Shown in pieces: positions 38,923 through 52,464 of a stretch of DNA of 64,000 nt. Positions within the stretch are counted from its first letter, which is position 1, and the number at the start of each line of letters is the position of its first letter. The stretch lies in NCBI RefSeq assembly GCF_001194135.2, contig NC_068982.1:24489783-24553782 (forward strand), in the 5' to 3' direction. The notes under the pieces are model-generated. The model ran no database searches. It saw only the letters and a program-made list of their open reading frames with translations, and was not told the origin of the DNA. The translations under genes and the position numbers were made by a program. The DNA is from Octopus bimaculoides. Lineage: Eukaryota.

Positions 38923-41900
38923 CATATGGAATGAGGGAGAGAGAAACAGAGCGACAAAGAGAGAAAGATGTTGTGCATAAATATTTGCAAGACTGTATTG
39001 CGAATATTGTATCTCGCCTGTTAGTGTTGTGTTTAACATTTGACGTACATATTTTCCATTTTCGGTCTAACACACTATATGACATATATTAACACACACA
39101 CAAACACCCCCCACACACACACACACACCCACACACAAACATAAACATTTTGTATATATATATATAAATATCTGTACTTCGATACATCGAATATGTTAAA
39201 TTTATTAATACATGAATTTGCAATATTGTTTAATCGGCCAGCCTATCTTTTGTGTGGAATATTTCCGCATTTAGGGTTGCCCTATATAATATGAACTCAT
39301 TGGATCCTATTCGAGTTCATTTTTTTAACTACCGTATTGGATTTATTTTTACTGATTTATTTTTACTGATTTAGTTATTAAAATATTATTAAACTCTTTC
39401 CAAAGTAATTTAATAACCTTTAAATAAATTTCGTTTTCCCACTTATGCTTTGTTGGAGTTCTCTTTTCTTTATTTTCTTTATGCTACAACAGAAAGCAAG
39501 TGTATGCTATATTTCCATCAAAAATTATTTTATAGGCATATATTACATAGGTAAGAACTCCAGAGAACCAAGAGCCTATGTTAAATAATCCATCAAATTC
39601 CTATTTATCTATATGTCTATCTGCATACACGCACACACACACAAGCGCCCAGATACATGTATACATATGTATGTGATTGTATAAATATAAACATTTACAT
39701 ATATATATATATATATATATACATATATACACATAAATATATTCATGCATGTGTCAATAAATAAGTAGCACATAATTATGTACGTATACACAGAGACAGT
39801 GACAAACACACACACATACACACACGTGTATGTATGTGTGTGTCCGTTTTTCTGTGTCACTTAACGTACACTGCATTGAAATATGAACTACTTATAGAAA
39901 AATCTGCGTAGACGCTTCTGTTTGTGTTAACAGGAAGGAACTATTATAAGCTCTTATTTGAATAGTGTACATAGAATGATAAATATCTCCAATTGGATGG
40001 AGTAGATTTTTTGTTGATTACATTGGAGGAATTTCAACCATGTTTCGTGGTCTGCTACCACAACAGCTCCTTTATAGGATCCAGNNNNNNNNNNNNNNNN
40101 NNNNNNNNNNNNNNNNNNNNNNNNNNNNNNNNNNNNNNNNNNNNNNNNNNNNNNNNNNNNNNNNNNNNNNNNCTTCAGCTCTGGTGTTGGGTGCATGTCT
40201 TCTTTCACTGTTTGTGACTGTTCTAATTCAACTGTGGGATGTCCCTCGCTATGGTTATTTTCCAGGAGGTCCTGGCCACACGTCTTACGGTTCATCAACC
40301 CGCGTTGTTGAATTACTTTTTTCCGACATTATATATATATATATGTGTGTGCGTGTATGTGTGTGTGTGTATGTGTGTGTATGTGTATGTGTGTGTATGT
40401 GTGTGTGTGTGTGTATGTGTGCGCGTGCGTGAGTGTGTGTGTGCAGAAAACATGAAGGCACTGTGTAGGAAGACCAACGTGTGCAATTTCAAAATGTAGC
40501 ATCGTGGAATATACAGAATATACAGATGCAAATATTATTATATTTTCTTATGGCTACGAATTCCTTTTCTCAAAATTTATTTTAGGTTTGCATGATATCA
40601 AATAACATATGCAACATAATACAAGAACAGAAGAAAATCCTAATAACTTTAATGAAATCGTTATTCAGTATGTAATAATTTTCTTGCAAGTTTTCTAAAT
40701 ATGTTATTGTGAAATTCAATTAAATACTTTAAGCAATTGTGCAAACCATATTTCCAGAGCCATAAAATAATTATGGATCTTTCCAGGAATGATAAGGGAT
40801 TTGTAGTTCGGAATTTATATACGTTAGCATCAATGTCTATAAAGTTACATTGAAGGTAGCAAACAAAGGTATCCTCCAATTGTCAATACATTTAATTTTA
40901 ACCGGTATTTGCAACTTTTGTACCTAGATTTTCGTCTCATGAAAGCTGCAATATCAAACTACTTTAATGAATGTTTCCTGCATACATATGATTTTCACAC
41001 AGAATTTGTTCCATAGCAATTCCCCTGAGATAATTTACAACGGTTTACCCGATATATTGATCTCAGTAGACTTTGAAATTTAAAATACATATTAAAAACC
41101 CAGAAAGCCCGGATCATTGTGAAATATTATTGCTAATTTTGAAAACAGTTCTTCCTTTAAAAATGATTGCTGGAATCTTCCAATTACGTGTTACGGATTT
41201 ACTGTATGCTACTTGGATCGGCTTCGTTTCATCATTTAACATTAAGTTCTAGCTCTGACTTCATTCAAGAAGTGTTAACAATGTATATATAGATAGGCAT
41301 TGGACATCAGTTACGTATATCTATCGTTGTTTCAATGAAAATATTTACGGATAGTGTAGGGCTTGAAATAACTGGGCTTTTGACCGCATGCTTGTGTCCT
41401 GTGAGATTAAATTGTTTTGGCGCACACTCACTCCAATTAGGGGAAAGGGAATAGAACGTTCTTGATATTTCCGCAAGTGCATTAATAATCTAGTTTACTG
41501 GCATTTTATGGGATAATTGCAAAGTAGTGGTATTAGGACATCCTACAAAAAGACGTTCATTAAATATGCTGAAATTCGACAGCAAAATGATTATGTAAAT
41601 CAAAAACTATTACTTAACACTGAAATTTATATACTCGTGCATCAGATTTACCATATCAAATTACCTCAATAGGGGATTGCAATTCGCTCGTATATGTGGG
41701 TTGTAATTATAATAGATTCTTGGGTAAATGTTTTCCATTGTTGAGTGTCATTTATTTAAAAAGCCATAACAAATATCTTAATTGTTGATCTCCAGGGTCA
41801 GTTGTATTAGAGGCAAGACCCTGCAACTGACAGTATGATTTCCATGATTTATCATTTCTTTCTATTTTAGGTCAATCTAAGCGTGTCGTCGTTATTGATG

Positions 41901-43099
41901 ATGAGATCACGTTTTAAGGTTTCTGATCAAAGGTTCAGACAAATGTTTTATCGCTTGCACTGTGTTGTTTCCCACCAATAAAATCTATGTCGAGAAATCT
42001 CCACAGAGTTTGATTTATAGTAGAAATATTTAGAAATACATTTGGGTTCGTTCAGAAAATTCTGTCTGGTAAAAAATCAAATGAACGTTTCACCAATACA
42101 AAGAGCCACATGTACAATTCGGCATCAGATTTCTAAATATGAAAGCCATTCTTGTTTCGTGCTCGTAACAAATATATAATAGCTTAATTTTATTATATCT
42201 ATCATCACCATATTGATTGCGCTGTTAAATGTTATTGTTGTTCTCGATATTTCATAAATTCTCTTCGTATGCAACTATCAAATGAATCATACACGTATGA
42301 ATGGAATGAGTTTTACTTATTTCATTAATGCAGAACATGTGACTTGAAGTAACTGACTGGTAAAAGATTTCTGAGCGCTCATTGTGCTAGACACTAATAC
42401 ATTACTACTGAAATTTACACCATGGAAATAGTATGGTAGAAAATTCTTTCCCTAATGATGAAGAACTATATAAATCATGCTGTTGCTGAGATTTGAACGT
42501 TATTGGATTAAGAAAGATGTTTAGGTATGCTGGAAATGAAAGGAATACTAATTAATATTTGCGTAAAAAAAATAATATATTTGATATAGAAGCGAATAAT
42601 ACATAAATTCATTTGAAATACATTTTGAAGTGCCTACTTTGCGATTTTTACTCCAGTCGCTAATACGTATGCTCATTGTTAAAAAGCAATTAATGAAACT
42701 TAGAGGTATAAGGTTAGATATACGTTACACGCAACAAAAATGTGTTATATCGGGATATTTCTATCGAATAACACAAATTTGATAAAATATTTCCTATTTT
42801 CATAAGTTAAATCGTTAACGTAAAACCTGAATTTGTAAAAGGCCTATAGGAAACGATTCAACATAAAACATTGGTGATAATATGAAAAGGCGCTTACCTA
42901 TCATAAAATATTTTTTATTGTTTTTATACATTCCGACTAACATGAAATGCAACAAAGATATACAAATAATAACCATATATATATATATATATAATCTCTA
43001 TTTCGCTTACTGGTTCCAGCCAGACGAGCAGGACTCCATGCTGGAGCACCGTCTTTCAGTGTAATTGGTTTGTTTTCTGTATTCAATTTGTGTTTATAT

Positions 43100-43340
43100 G
43101 ATATCCAGGTAAAACTTTCTCAGACGCAATTTGAAGACCTCCACATTTACACCTCGCACATCCTTGAGGCTGCTTTGAAGAATGCTGAATACTTATGGAT
43201 AATTTAATCACAATGTATCTGTACTGTGGCCTCATTTTTGATGGAGAACATGGGATATTCAGTGCTATGCAGTGCCATCGGGCGCGGTTGTTGGCATACA
43301 TTACAATTAACATCTGAAAGCTAGACATTTCAGGATCTTC
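43100..43340 (-). mobile_element. CR1/L2-like LINE 3' fragment
   Basis: CIWKIL and ILQSSLKDVRGVNVEVFKLRLRKF resemble the CR1-type ORF2 C-terminus; frameshifted. Confidence 0.55.
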
Positions 43341-43480
43341 CATATACATGTCACTGCATATTTTTGACTGAGTAGCACATTTATTTCACGGAGTCAATCT
43401 TCCTTCTGCTGTTATACTATATTGCCTCAAGTTCCGCCGACAGTTTGACGTCGGGAGAAGAGTATGCATTTTAGTATGTA

Positions 43481-43514
<34 letters not shown>

Positions 43515-45279
43515 CATATATANNNNNNNNNNNNNNNNNNNNNNNNNNNNNNNNNNNNNNNNNNNNNNNNNNNNNNNNNNNNNNNNNNNNNNNNNNNNNN
43601 NNNNNNNNNNNNNNNNNNNNNNNNNNNNNNNNNNNNNNNNTATATATATATATATTCAAACATACACATCACACACTCGCACACACAAACCCACACGCGC
43701 ACACACATACGCTCACGCACAAACACACACACACACACACACACAGATATATATATTCCAAGACAAAAACATGGCTCAGTTTCTTCCTTCCTTGATACAT
43801 TGGCAACAGCCATGGAAGGAAATATTTGAACGAATGGGAAAATTTAAAAATCGATAAGACAGTATAGATTTATATTCTTAATTTCTCTACTGCGGAAATA
43901 TATAGTTATCTTTGCATTCAACATACTTCTATAGATATATGTAAATTAATTTAATTATATATTTTCATTCAAATCTGACAACGATGTTTATTTTAACAAC
44001 ATCATATAATCATCGTTTAAACATATGCTATCGAATCAGAATTAATCTTTAGTGGACATATATTTGAACGAAATCTGAAATCCGAAATACGCTGCTTTGA
44101 TGTACGTTTCATTCATATGTGTGTGTATGTAAGCTTGTGACTGTCAGGGGAAAAGAGAGGTTGGGAGGAGGAGAGAGAATATGTGTGAATCTTATTGTCT
44201 TGATTATTAAATAGCATACAATGTTCAGTTTACCCAAGCTCATAAACAAATGACCTCATAAACAAATCTTTCCCTACGTATAAACGGCAAACTGTACAGC
44301 ACTATATTCTCTTCTATATCAAATTTGGACAATATCGAAATTCGCCCTTACCTCTTAGGCTTGTAAAATTGATAATTAAACTGAAATCGGAATCAATAAA
44401 TATTATACCCTTCCAATACGAAAAAACCTTTGAAGGAAGAAGTGACAATTTTTTATATAAACAATCTTACTCTTCACTTATATACTTACATATGTAAACA
44501 CACATTTATATTGCTCTATATATACATACATACTAACACATATATATATACCTATATATATGTATGTATGTACATATATATATATACACACACAAGCATA
44601 TAGCTATCTCTCTATCTATCTATCTCTCTATATATATATTGGGTACTTTATCTTTGACAAAAGAAACTCATTCAATAGGAATGCGAAATTTTCTTCCGTA
44701 TTTTTTTATGAAAACACGTGGTAAGTTACAGACGATGAAAACTTGATGTGACATTTTAGAATCATTGCAAATCTTTTGTAGCTTCCATTTTCATATTTAT
44801 GTTACTTGTTTCTTTCAAAATGACGTCCATATTTGTCAAGAAAATATAATATAATATTTAGCTGGGCCGTCCAGATTCTTTACCAAGCAATTGGGGATCT
44901 ACCAAAATATACAGTTCCGAGAGCTCTTTGAGATAAATCTAGAAACAATCAAAGAATTGACATTTTGGACAACTGAAGGGTGGGATAAAAGGGTGGTAAT
45001 AAATTGTTCACAATATGTTGTCAAAATATTTCGTCCTATTTTCAATGATTTCCCCTAAATTGTTTCACTTATTCTTGCACACGTTTTGAAATAAATCCTT
45101 TGTCTTACTCAAACTCTCATCAATATGTCACTGTATATAATCTCTTATTTCCAAAGTTTCGACTCATTTTCTATTCCTACAAACCCGAATCTTTCGTCTA
45201 CACTAACGCATATATATTAGTTCTCACTCTTCATCCACTATCTTCAAATTCGCAGCTCATTTATTGTTGTAGCATAGTC

Positions 45280-45358
45280 TTTCTCTCTCTTTTTCTCTCT
45301 CTCTCTCTTTCTCTCTCTCTCTTTTTCTCTCTCTCTCTTTCTCTCTCTTTTTCTCTCT

Positions 45359-45445
<87 letters not shown>
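45280..45445. repeat. (CT)n microsatellite
   Basis: Direct reading; explains the poly-RE/LS ORFs. Confidence 0.95.
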
Positions 45446-45447
<2 letters not shown>

Positions 45448-46915
45448 GCTTTCATTTCCTTCCTTTGAATCCTATACTGCACCCTTTCTCCAGTCTCAAG
45501 AACAATTTCACTGAAACATAGTCATGACACAAGGACATACATACACACGCACGCACTCATACAAACATCCTTACATATACTTATACATACGAATAAATAT
45601 GTGTGTGAGTGTACATGAGTGTCCATAAAATATATATCTCATCCAATGTAGAGCGAACTATGAGAGAAAAATGGCCTGATGCGTAGTAGTGTATGAGAAT
45701 TTAGTTTCACATGCTCACATCACATGCACTTATACAGTTATATATCAAACCCGCGTCATTTGAAATTAAACCAATCGGAAGAAACCGGAAATGATTTTTT
45801 TTTCTCTCCAGGACACAATATACAATTATAAATTAAATAAACACGCATATATATATATATATATATANNNNNNNNNNNNNNNNNNNNNNNNNNNNNNNNN
45901 NNNNNNNNNNNNNNNNNNNNNNNNNNNNNNNNNNNNNNNNNNNNNNNNNNNNNNNNNNNNNNNNNNNNNNNNNNNNNNNNNNNNNNNNNNNNNNNNNNNN
46001 NNNNNNNNNNNNNNNNNNNNNNNNNNNNNNNNNNNNNNNNNNNNNNNNNNNNNNNNNNNNNNNNNNNNNNNNNNNNNNNNNNNNNNNNNNNNNNNNNNNN
46101 NNNNNNNNNNNNNNNNNNNNNNNNNNNNNNNNNNNNNNNNNNNNNNNNNNNNNNNNNNNNNNNNNNNNNNNNNNNNNNNNNNNNNNNNNNNNNNNNNNNN
46201 NNNNNNNNNNNNNNNNNNNNNNNNNNNNNNNNNNNNNNNNNNNNNNNNNNNNNNNNNNNNNNNNNNNNNNNNNNNNNATTTAATAAATTTGATTCAGCAA
46301 CAATATTGCTGCCGTGTAATTAAATTTTATTTTTAAGTAGTAGAATGTGCAAATCAATCCAGGGATGTGTTAGAACTCCTACAGACTAAAATACAATTTT
46401 GAAATTTGTGTCCTTGTACATGCATTGAACCAGTGATAGAAAGTGTTGATAATATTTACGTCACGAGTTTCAAGTAAAGAATTAAATATATCTTCGATAT
46501 TTCTCTAACCAAGCTGCCTGAAATACAGAGACATAACTCAATCAAAATTCGTGTATATATATTATTCAAAAGAATTCCAACTCTGTCTGTTTTTTATGTT
46601 TTATTTTTATTCTTATAAAATTAATGTAGGATATAGAATATGAAATATATACTATATATAGTAAAATGAAATGAAGTATTGAATGTCTTATTGAATAAAT
46701 GAAATATTGAATATTAAATATTAAAGGACTAGTATACTTTCTTGCTTTCTAGCAGTCTTCAATGTCTCATGTGACAGGAATGTTTCAACTATATATTTAA
46801 AGTTGTGGATTGCTTTCTAATCGTAATACGATGAATTAAAGTAAATCTTTTTTTAATATATATTTGACGGTTGAATAAGAATGCAAGAATTCAGGAATGG
46901 AGCAGATAAGATTCG

Positions 46916-47110
46916 GGATACATATATTTCATAGCGACCGGAATTTCGGGAGTGGTAAATATCCAAGCAGGTTACTCTTTAGGTTAAGAATATCTTGATA
47001 AACTTTCATTTTATCAAGATGTCTCTGGCCGGAAGAGTAGGCTACAGTATACACTTCGCTTGGATATTTAGAACTTCCGAGGTTCCGCTCTCTATGAAAC
47101 ATATGTAGCC
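46916..47110. repeat. About 195-bp imperfect palindrome (fold-back/MITE-like)
   Basis: Arms share gg.tacatat.tttcatag...ggaa...aaatatccaagc. The centre is a perfect 11-bp stem atcttgataaa/tttatcaagat with a 7-nt loop (47003-47009). Confidence 0.8.
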
Positions 47111-48324
47111 AGGATGTTATATAATACATTCCTTTATTCTTATGTGTGAGTTTATATATATATGTGTGAGTATTATTCTTATGTGTGAGTATATATATAT
47201 ATGTGTGTGTGTGCGTGTGTGCGCGTGTGTATGTGTGTGTATCTGTGTCTGTGTTTATATATGTATATATATGTGTGTATGTGTGCATGTGTTTATCTAT
47301 GCATATATAAATATATGTATATATATATGTATATATATATATATATTTGTANNNNNNNNNNNNNNNNNNNNNNNNNNNNNNNNNNNNNNNNNNNNNNNNN
47401 NNNNNNNNNNNNNNNNNNNNNNNNNNNNNNNNNNNNNNNNNNNNNNNNNNNNNNNNNNNNNNNNNNNNNNNNNNNNNNNNNNNNNNNNNNNNNNNNNNNN
47501 NNNNNNNNNNNNNNNNNNNNNNNNNNNNNNNNNNNNNNNNNNNNNNNNNNNNNNNNNNNNNNNNNNNNNNNNNNNNNNNNNNNNNNNNNNNNNNNNNNNN
47601 NNNNNNNNNNNNNNNNNNNNNNNNNNNNNNNNNNNNNNNNNNNNNNNNNNNNNNNNNNNNNNNNNNNNNNNNNNNNNNNNNNNNNNNNNNNNNNNNNNNN
47701 NNNNNNNNNNNNNNNNNNNNNNNNNNNNNNNNNNNNNNNNNNNNNNNNNNNNNNNNNNNNNNNNNNNNNNNNNNNNNNNNNNNNNNNNNNNNNNNNNNNN
47801 NNNNNNNNNNNNNNNNNNNNNNNNNNNNNNNNNNNNNNNNNNNNNNNNNNNNNNNNNNNNNNNNNNNNNNNNNNNNNNNNNNNNNNNNNNNNNNNNNNNN
47901 NNNNNNNNNNNNNNNNNNNNNNNNNNNNNNNNNNNNNNNNNNNNNNNNNNNNNNNNNNNNNNNNNNNNNNNNNNNNNNNNNNNNNNNNNNNNNNNNNNNN
48001 NNNNNNNNNNNNNNNNNNNNNNNNNNNNNNNNNNNNNNNNNNNNNNNNNNNNNNNNNNNNNNNNNNNNNNNNNNNNNNNNNNNNNNNNNNNNNNNNNNNN
48101 NNNNNNNNNNNNNNNNNNNNNNNNNNNNNNNNNNNNNNNNNNNNNNNNNNNNNNNNNNNNNNNNNNNNNNNNNNNNNNNNNNNNNNNNNNNNNNNNNNNN
48201 NNNNNNNNNNNNNNNNNNNNNNNNNNNNNNNNNNNNNNNNNNNNNNNNNNNNNNNNNNNNNTGTGTATACATATACATGTACATATACATATACATATAC
48301 ATATGCATATACATATATATAACT

Positions 48325-48970
48325 CCATATCTTCCTCGCCTTCGCTACAGAGAGTAGAACGTTAACTCCCTCAGTCTCTCCCAGTAGCTAATATGTCGAA
48401 TCGTGACGATCTTCTACGTGTAGCTTCGCTGGATTGCCTCGAGTTCTGTCGTTTATTTTACACTGGTTGGTGACGTTATTTGGGAACAGTATTCCAGACG
48501 GCTGAGAATGAAAGTCCTCTAGAAGACCATTATAGTTTCCTCTTTTGTTGTTTTCAAATTTGAAAGGAACCTTCCGGCTAGACGACTGCATTGTATTGTC
48601 GTCTTGGTAATAATCACTTGGATAGATGCATCATTACTCATGTCGATGCTCAAGTCACACACTGATTTTGATTCATGAATTGTAATCCCAACTAGGTCAG
48701 TGTAACCTATCAGCATTTCATGGGGTTTCCTGTATTGGTAGCTCAGGGCTTTCAATGTTCCAGCATTAAAATGCATGTTATTTTGCTCAGCCTACCTGTA
48801 TATTACATCCAACTCGCTTTGCTTATGCATAACCTCTCCACGGTGCTATATCTTCTCAGAGAATTTTGCATCGTCTGCATAGCTATCTAGGATGGCTATT
48901 TGAGAAGCCTGTCAGAGATAGCCACTATGAATAGTAGCGGTCCTAGGACAGTACCCTGTGGACCCATTTT
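48325..48970 (-). mobile_element. CR1/L2-like LINE RT fragment
   Basis: PQGTVLGPLLF (48938-48961); YADD (48870-48881); NNMHFNAG; ELEAIQRSYT; YWERLREL..YSL*RRR.RY. Confidence 0.88.
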
Positions 48971-49039
48971 TTTAATAAAGCTAACGATTTTGAGGGTAAG
49001 GAGAGTAGACGAAACAATCTCTTCGATATTTGTTTCTTT

Positions 49040-49640
49040 TATCGACCCAAGAATGACGGAAGGTAAAATCGACCTTGTCTGAATTGGAATGGAAAGGGTC
49101 AAGAGCTGGAGCAAATTCCACGAAATATTTTATCCGATTCTACAAGAATTCTGTCAACTCACTGCCATTTTATAGGTTAAAGGTCCAGGTTAGGAAGGGG
49201 AATCAATCGATTACAACGATTGTCTGATTGATACTTTATTTAAATGACCTCGAAAGAGTAGAAAGTTAAGTTTGACAGTGTAAGGCTCTGAACTGGAGGC
49301 GACATTGGTGCTCAACTGGTATTTATTTTAATGAACTGGAATAGACGAAACGCAATATCAGTCAGTGGCATTTGAACTCGGAACTTACAAGTGAAAGAAA
49401 TGCTGCTATTTTGTCCGATACTGCAACGATTATGTTAGGTCGCCACCTTCGCCTGTTTTTCTAATAATCATTTCCAATATCGCAAAAGGGGATAACATCA
49501 GCCGGAGTGCTTCATTGGTAATTATTTTATCAATTCCGGTGGAATTTATCGTCCCCCGTGGAATGCAAAGAGGAGCGAAATGACGCTAAACATTTTGCCC
49601 GACGTGTTAACGAATCTGTCAAGACGGCCGCCGCCTTTGC
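49040..49640 (-). mobile_element. Cluster of degenerate SINE family A fragments (at least 3)
   Basis: tttatcgacccaag..aaaatcgacctt (49037-49078); ggcatttgaactcggaac..gtcgccacctt (to 49450); gctaaacattttgcccgacgtgttaacgaatctg (49586-49637). Confidence 0.7.
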
Positions 49641-50016
49641 TCCATTACTAACTATAAATAGAAAATAACAAAATCGCAACAAAAACTGAATAGAAAAAAT
49701 AGTTCCAATTAGCGTTTAGGGTGGTAGTGAAGTTAAGTTAAGGAAGTTGATTTGATACTTGAACACAAACATTTGTATCAAGACGATTGATTGTTCACAA
49801 ATGTAATATATTTTTTATTGTAAAATAACTGCCGTCTGTTTGAAGCGGTGGTTTTATGATGGAAGCGAGGTGGATGGGAAAAAATAGTTGTGTTATATTT
49901 TATTATATTAAATTCTTTATTTATCATTAATATGCTCCGGCTCCCGTGAGCACCACACTTGAAGGGCTTAGTTCGTTATTTTTTGTTTGAATTTTCAATA
50001 TATTTCTATATATAAT

Positions 50017-50165
50017 GAGAATTTACAACAAAAGAAAAAACGAAGACGGGTGTTAAAACAACAAACATATGTGTTAGTTTAACGCTCGGGAAGTGAGAAA
50101 GTCCTTTACGTTTCGAGCCTACGCTCTTCGACAGAAAGGAACGCAGAAATAAGCAGGAAAAGAGA
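50017..50165 (-). mobile_element. Repeat family C (probable PLE-related terminal repeat) with hammerhead-like fold
   Basis: Homologous to 56770-56965; contains ttcctttCTGTCGAAGAGCGTAGGCTCGAAACGT on the minus strand. Confidence 0.7.
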
Positions 50166-50299
50166 CAGCTGTATATAAATATACGCAGTCGCTCACATAA
50201 ATTCTAAAATAAAATTTTGGAGATATATGTGTGTGAGTTTCTTTACGTATGATGTATATAAATTCATATGGATAGTTTGCGTTTTATCCTCTGGTGTGT

Positions 50300-50392
50300 G
50301 ATAAGATCAGTATCATTTGAGCACAGGGTCGATGTAATTGACGTAACCCATCCTTTAGAAGTGTTAGTCTTGTGCCAAAATTTGAAGCTATT
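50300..50392 (+). mobile_element. SINE family A 3' fragment
   Basis: gagcacagggtcgatgtaattgac...cttgtgccaaaatttgaa. Confidence 0.6.
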
Positions 50393-50614
50393 TTTGATAT
50401 GTATAATTTAATTATTGAAACTGTAGCTGAGAATTTCCCTCGTATGTTTGCTGCAAAAGGTGCAACCTAAACACTTACTAAAGTCTAGTTCCCTTAGTTT
50501 TTATCAAACAAAAATTGTTCTTATTTATGAAATCCGCATGCAACAACGCCAGGAACCTCAACTGGTGGTCACAGTATTTTTTGAGATTATAGCCTCCAGC
50601 ATTTCTCCTGTAAA

Positions 50615-50675
<61 letters not shown>

Positions 50676-52229
50676 TTGAAAATATGATGAAAGATGAATG
50701 ACTTTTAATACAAAACCATTGTAAAAGGATATTTTATGCAATTTTGGATGTCATATTAGTGCTCAAGGCTATTATGTTTATTTACGTCACTGTGCATTAC
50801 AGTTTTCAAATACTGAAAGATTTGATTAAATTTGTGGGAACATATTTGCTTTCGTGTACCTTTAAGTTCTTATCGCTGTTATTCAGAACATATTCTGTCT
50901 ATTATTTGAAATTAATTTCTAGAATTATGATCAATTTAAAATTGCCTTAGCGGTTTATTTTAATTTACTTTTAATATCTGGAAGCAAACACTGTTTTAAT
51001 GATATTTATATTTCATATGCACATTCGTATCACACATTTATGAGGAAAGAATGAAGTGAAATGTAAATATTACAAATGGTTCCGCCTTTGAAAACTTGTT
51101 TTGAACTGAGAACTTAATATATATTAAATATGCACTTCATATGTTTCACAACATATTGGATATTCTTACATTGTAAACCTGTATTGAAAATGTTTCCGAT
51201 CTTTCATCTGATCGATGATTAACGCATATAAAACTGTCTATATTTTTAAAACTGTCGAAGTTATTTATAGCTTATCTGACATATTTGTAACATGGGCGAC
51301 GAGAAACTTTTCTGTTTATTCTCCTCAAAATTTTAATTTTATGTTGAATGTGTCCTCAATTTGATAATACATTTCTTGGTGTAATGAACTTTTCATTCAT
51401 CAAAAGCCCAGATAGGAACAGGAACCTAAATTTTTCGGAGAACCAATGTCGAAGTGGCACGTTTATATGTTAGACAGGATCATTACAATGATGCACGTAA
51501 CTCGGTGAGTGAAGATGTGCGCAAACGTATTTTACAGACACAAGTGGAGAAGTTTTGATAGGTGGGACATTCCGATTAAATTGATCCCAAACGGGATCCA
51601 AACTTGAACGGTACTTCAATTTCTCGATCGCAGAAGGATGAAGTTTATAGTTGACATCAGTGGTATTTGACCTCAGAACATAAAGACCTTGAAGAAATTG
51701 CACAAACCATTTTGTCCGTCGCAATAAGTGTTCTACCAGCTTTTCTTTTTTGATAGTATAGAAAGAGTAATTAATTCTATAATTCTCTTCCTTCAACTGA
51801 GATAATGTGCAGAATTTGCTCTTATATACACATTTTACAATTTATCATATGGTAAATTCGTTACAAACTTGAGAATCGAGCACAGCATGGAGATGCATAA
51901 TTACACAACGGGCGCACACACACACATAAATACACACACACTCACACACAGATGCACACATACACACACACATACAAATATATACATACCTATATATATT
52001 GTATACATACATGTTTATATTTATTATATATATAAATATATATGCATATATATATACATACATGCATAAATATGTATGTGTGTGTGCGTGTGTGCGTGTG
52101 TGCGTATGTGCGTGTGTGCGTTTGTGCGTGTGTGTAGTTTATACACTCTACATATATGTGTGTGTGTGTAAAAGTACAACGTTGGAACGATTGCTCAACA
52201 CCGCATTGCTGGAGAAATAATTTCTCTGT

Positions 52230-52464
52230 TTTGTGAAGTAAGGCTACCAATGGTTTCACATTAAGGCTAGTGGGAAAATGTCCAAGTACATTGACATTTT
52301 TTTAAACCGGTCACATGGAGAAAGGTGTTTGCTTCCATTTTGGAAGACAATCCAAATGTAGGCGAACACCTTTCTCCATGTGATCGGCTCGAAAATTTGT
52401 TAAGGTAGTTGGGTATTTTCCCACTCTTCTTCACACGAAACCAATGGTAGCCTTAATTCACAAA
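52230..52464. repeat. About 235-bp imperfect palindrome (fold-back/MITE-like)
   Basis: Arms share ttgtgaa.taaggctacca.tggtttc...agtgggaaaat...tcacatggagaaaggtgtt; 6-nt loop agacaa (52345-52350). Confidence 0.88.

Noticed and set aside
40030-40075. Hammerhead-like gtggt(agcag)accac-GAAAC on the minus strand
   Set aside because: The upstream core would be CUGUUGU (two mismatches) and stem I does not pair in register.
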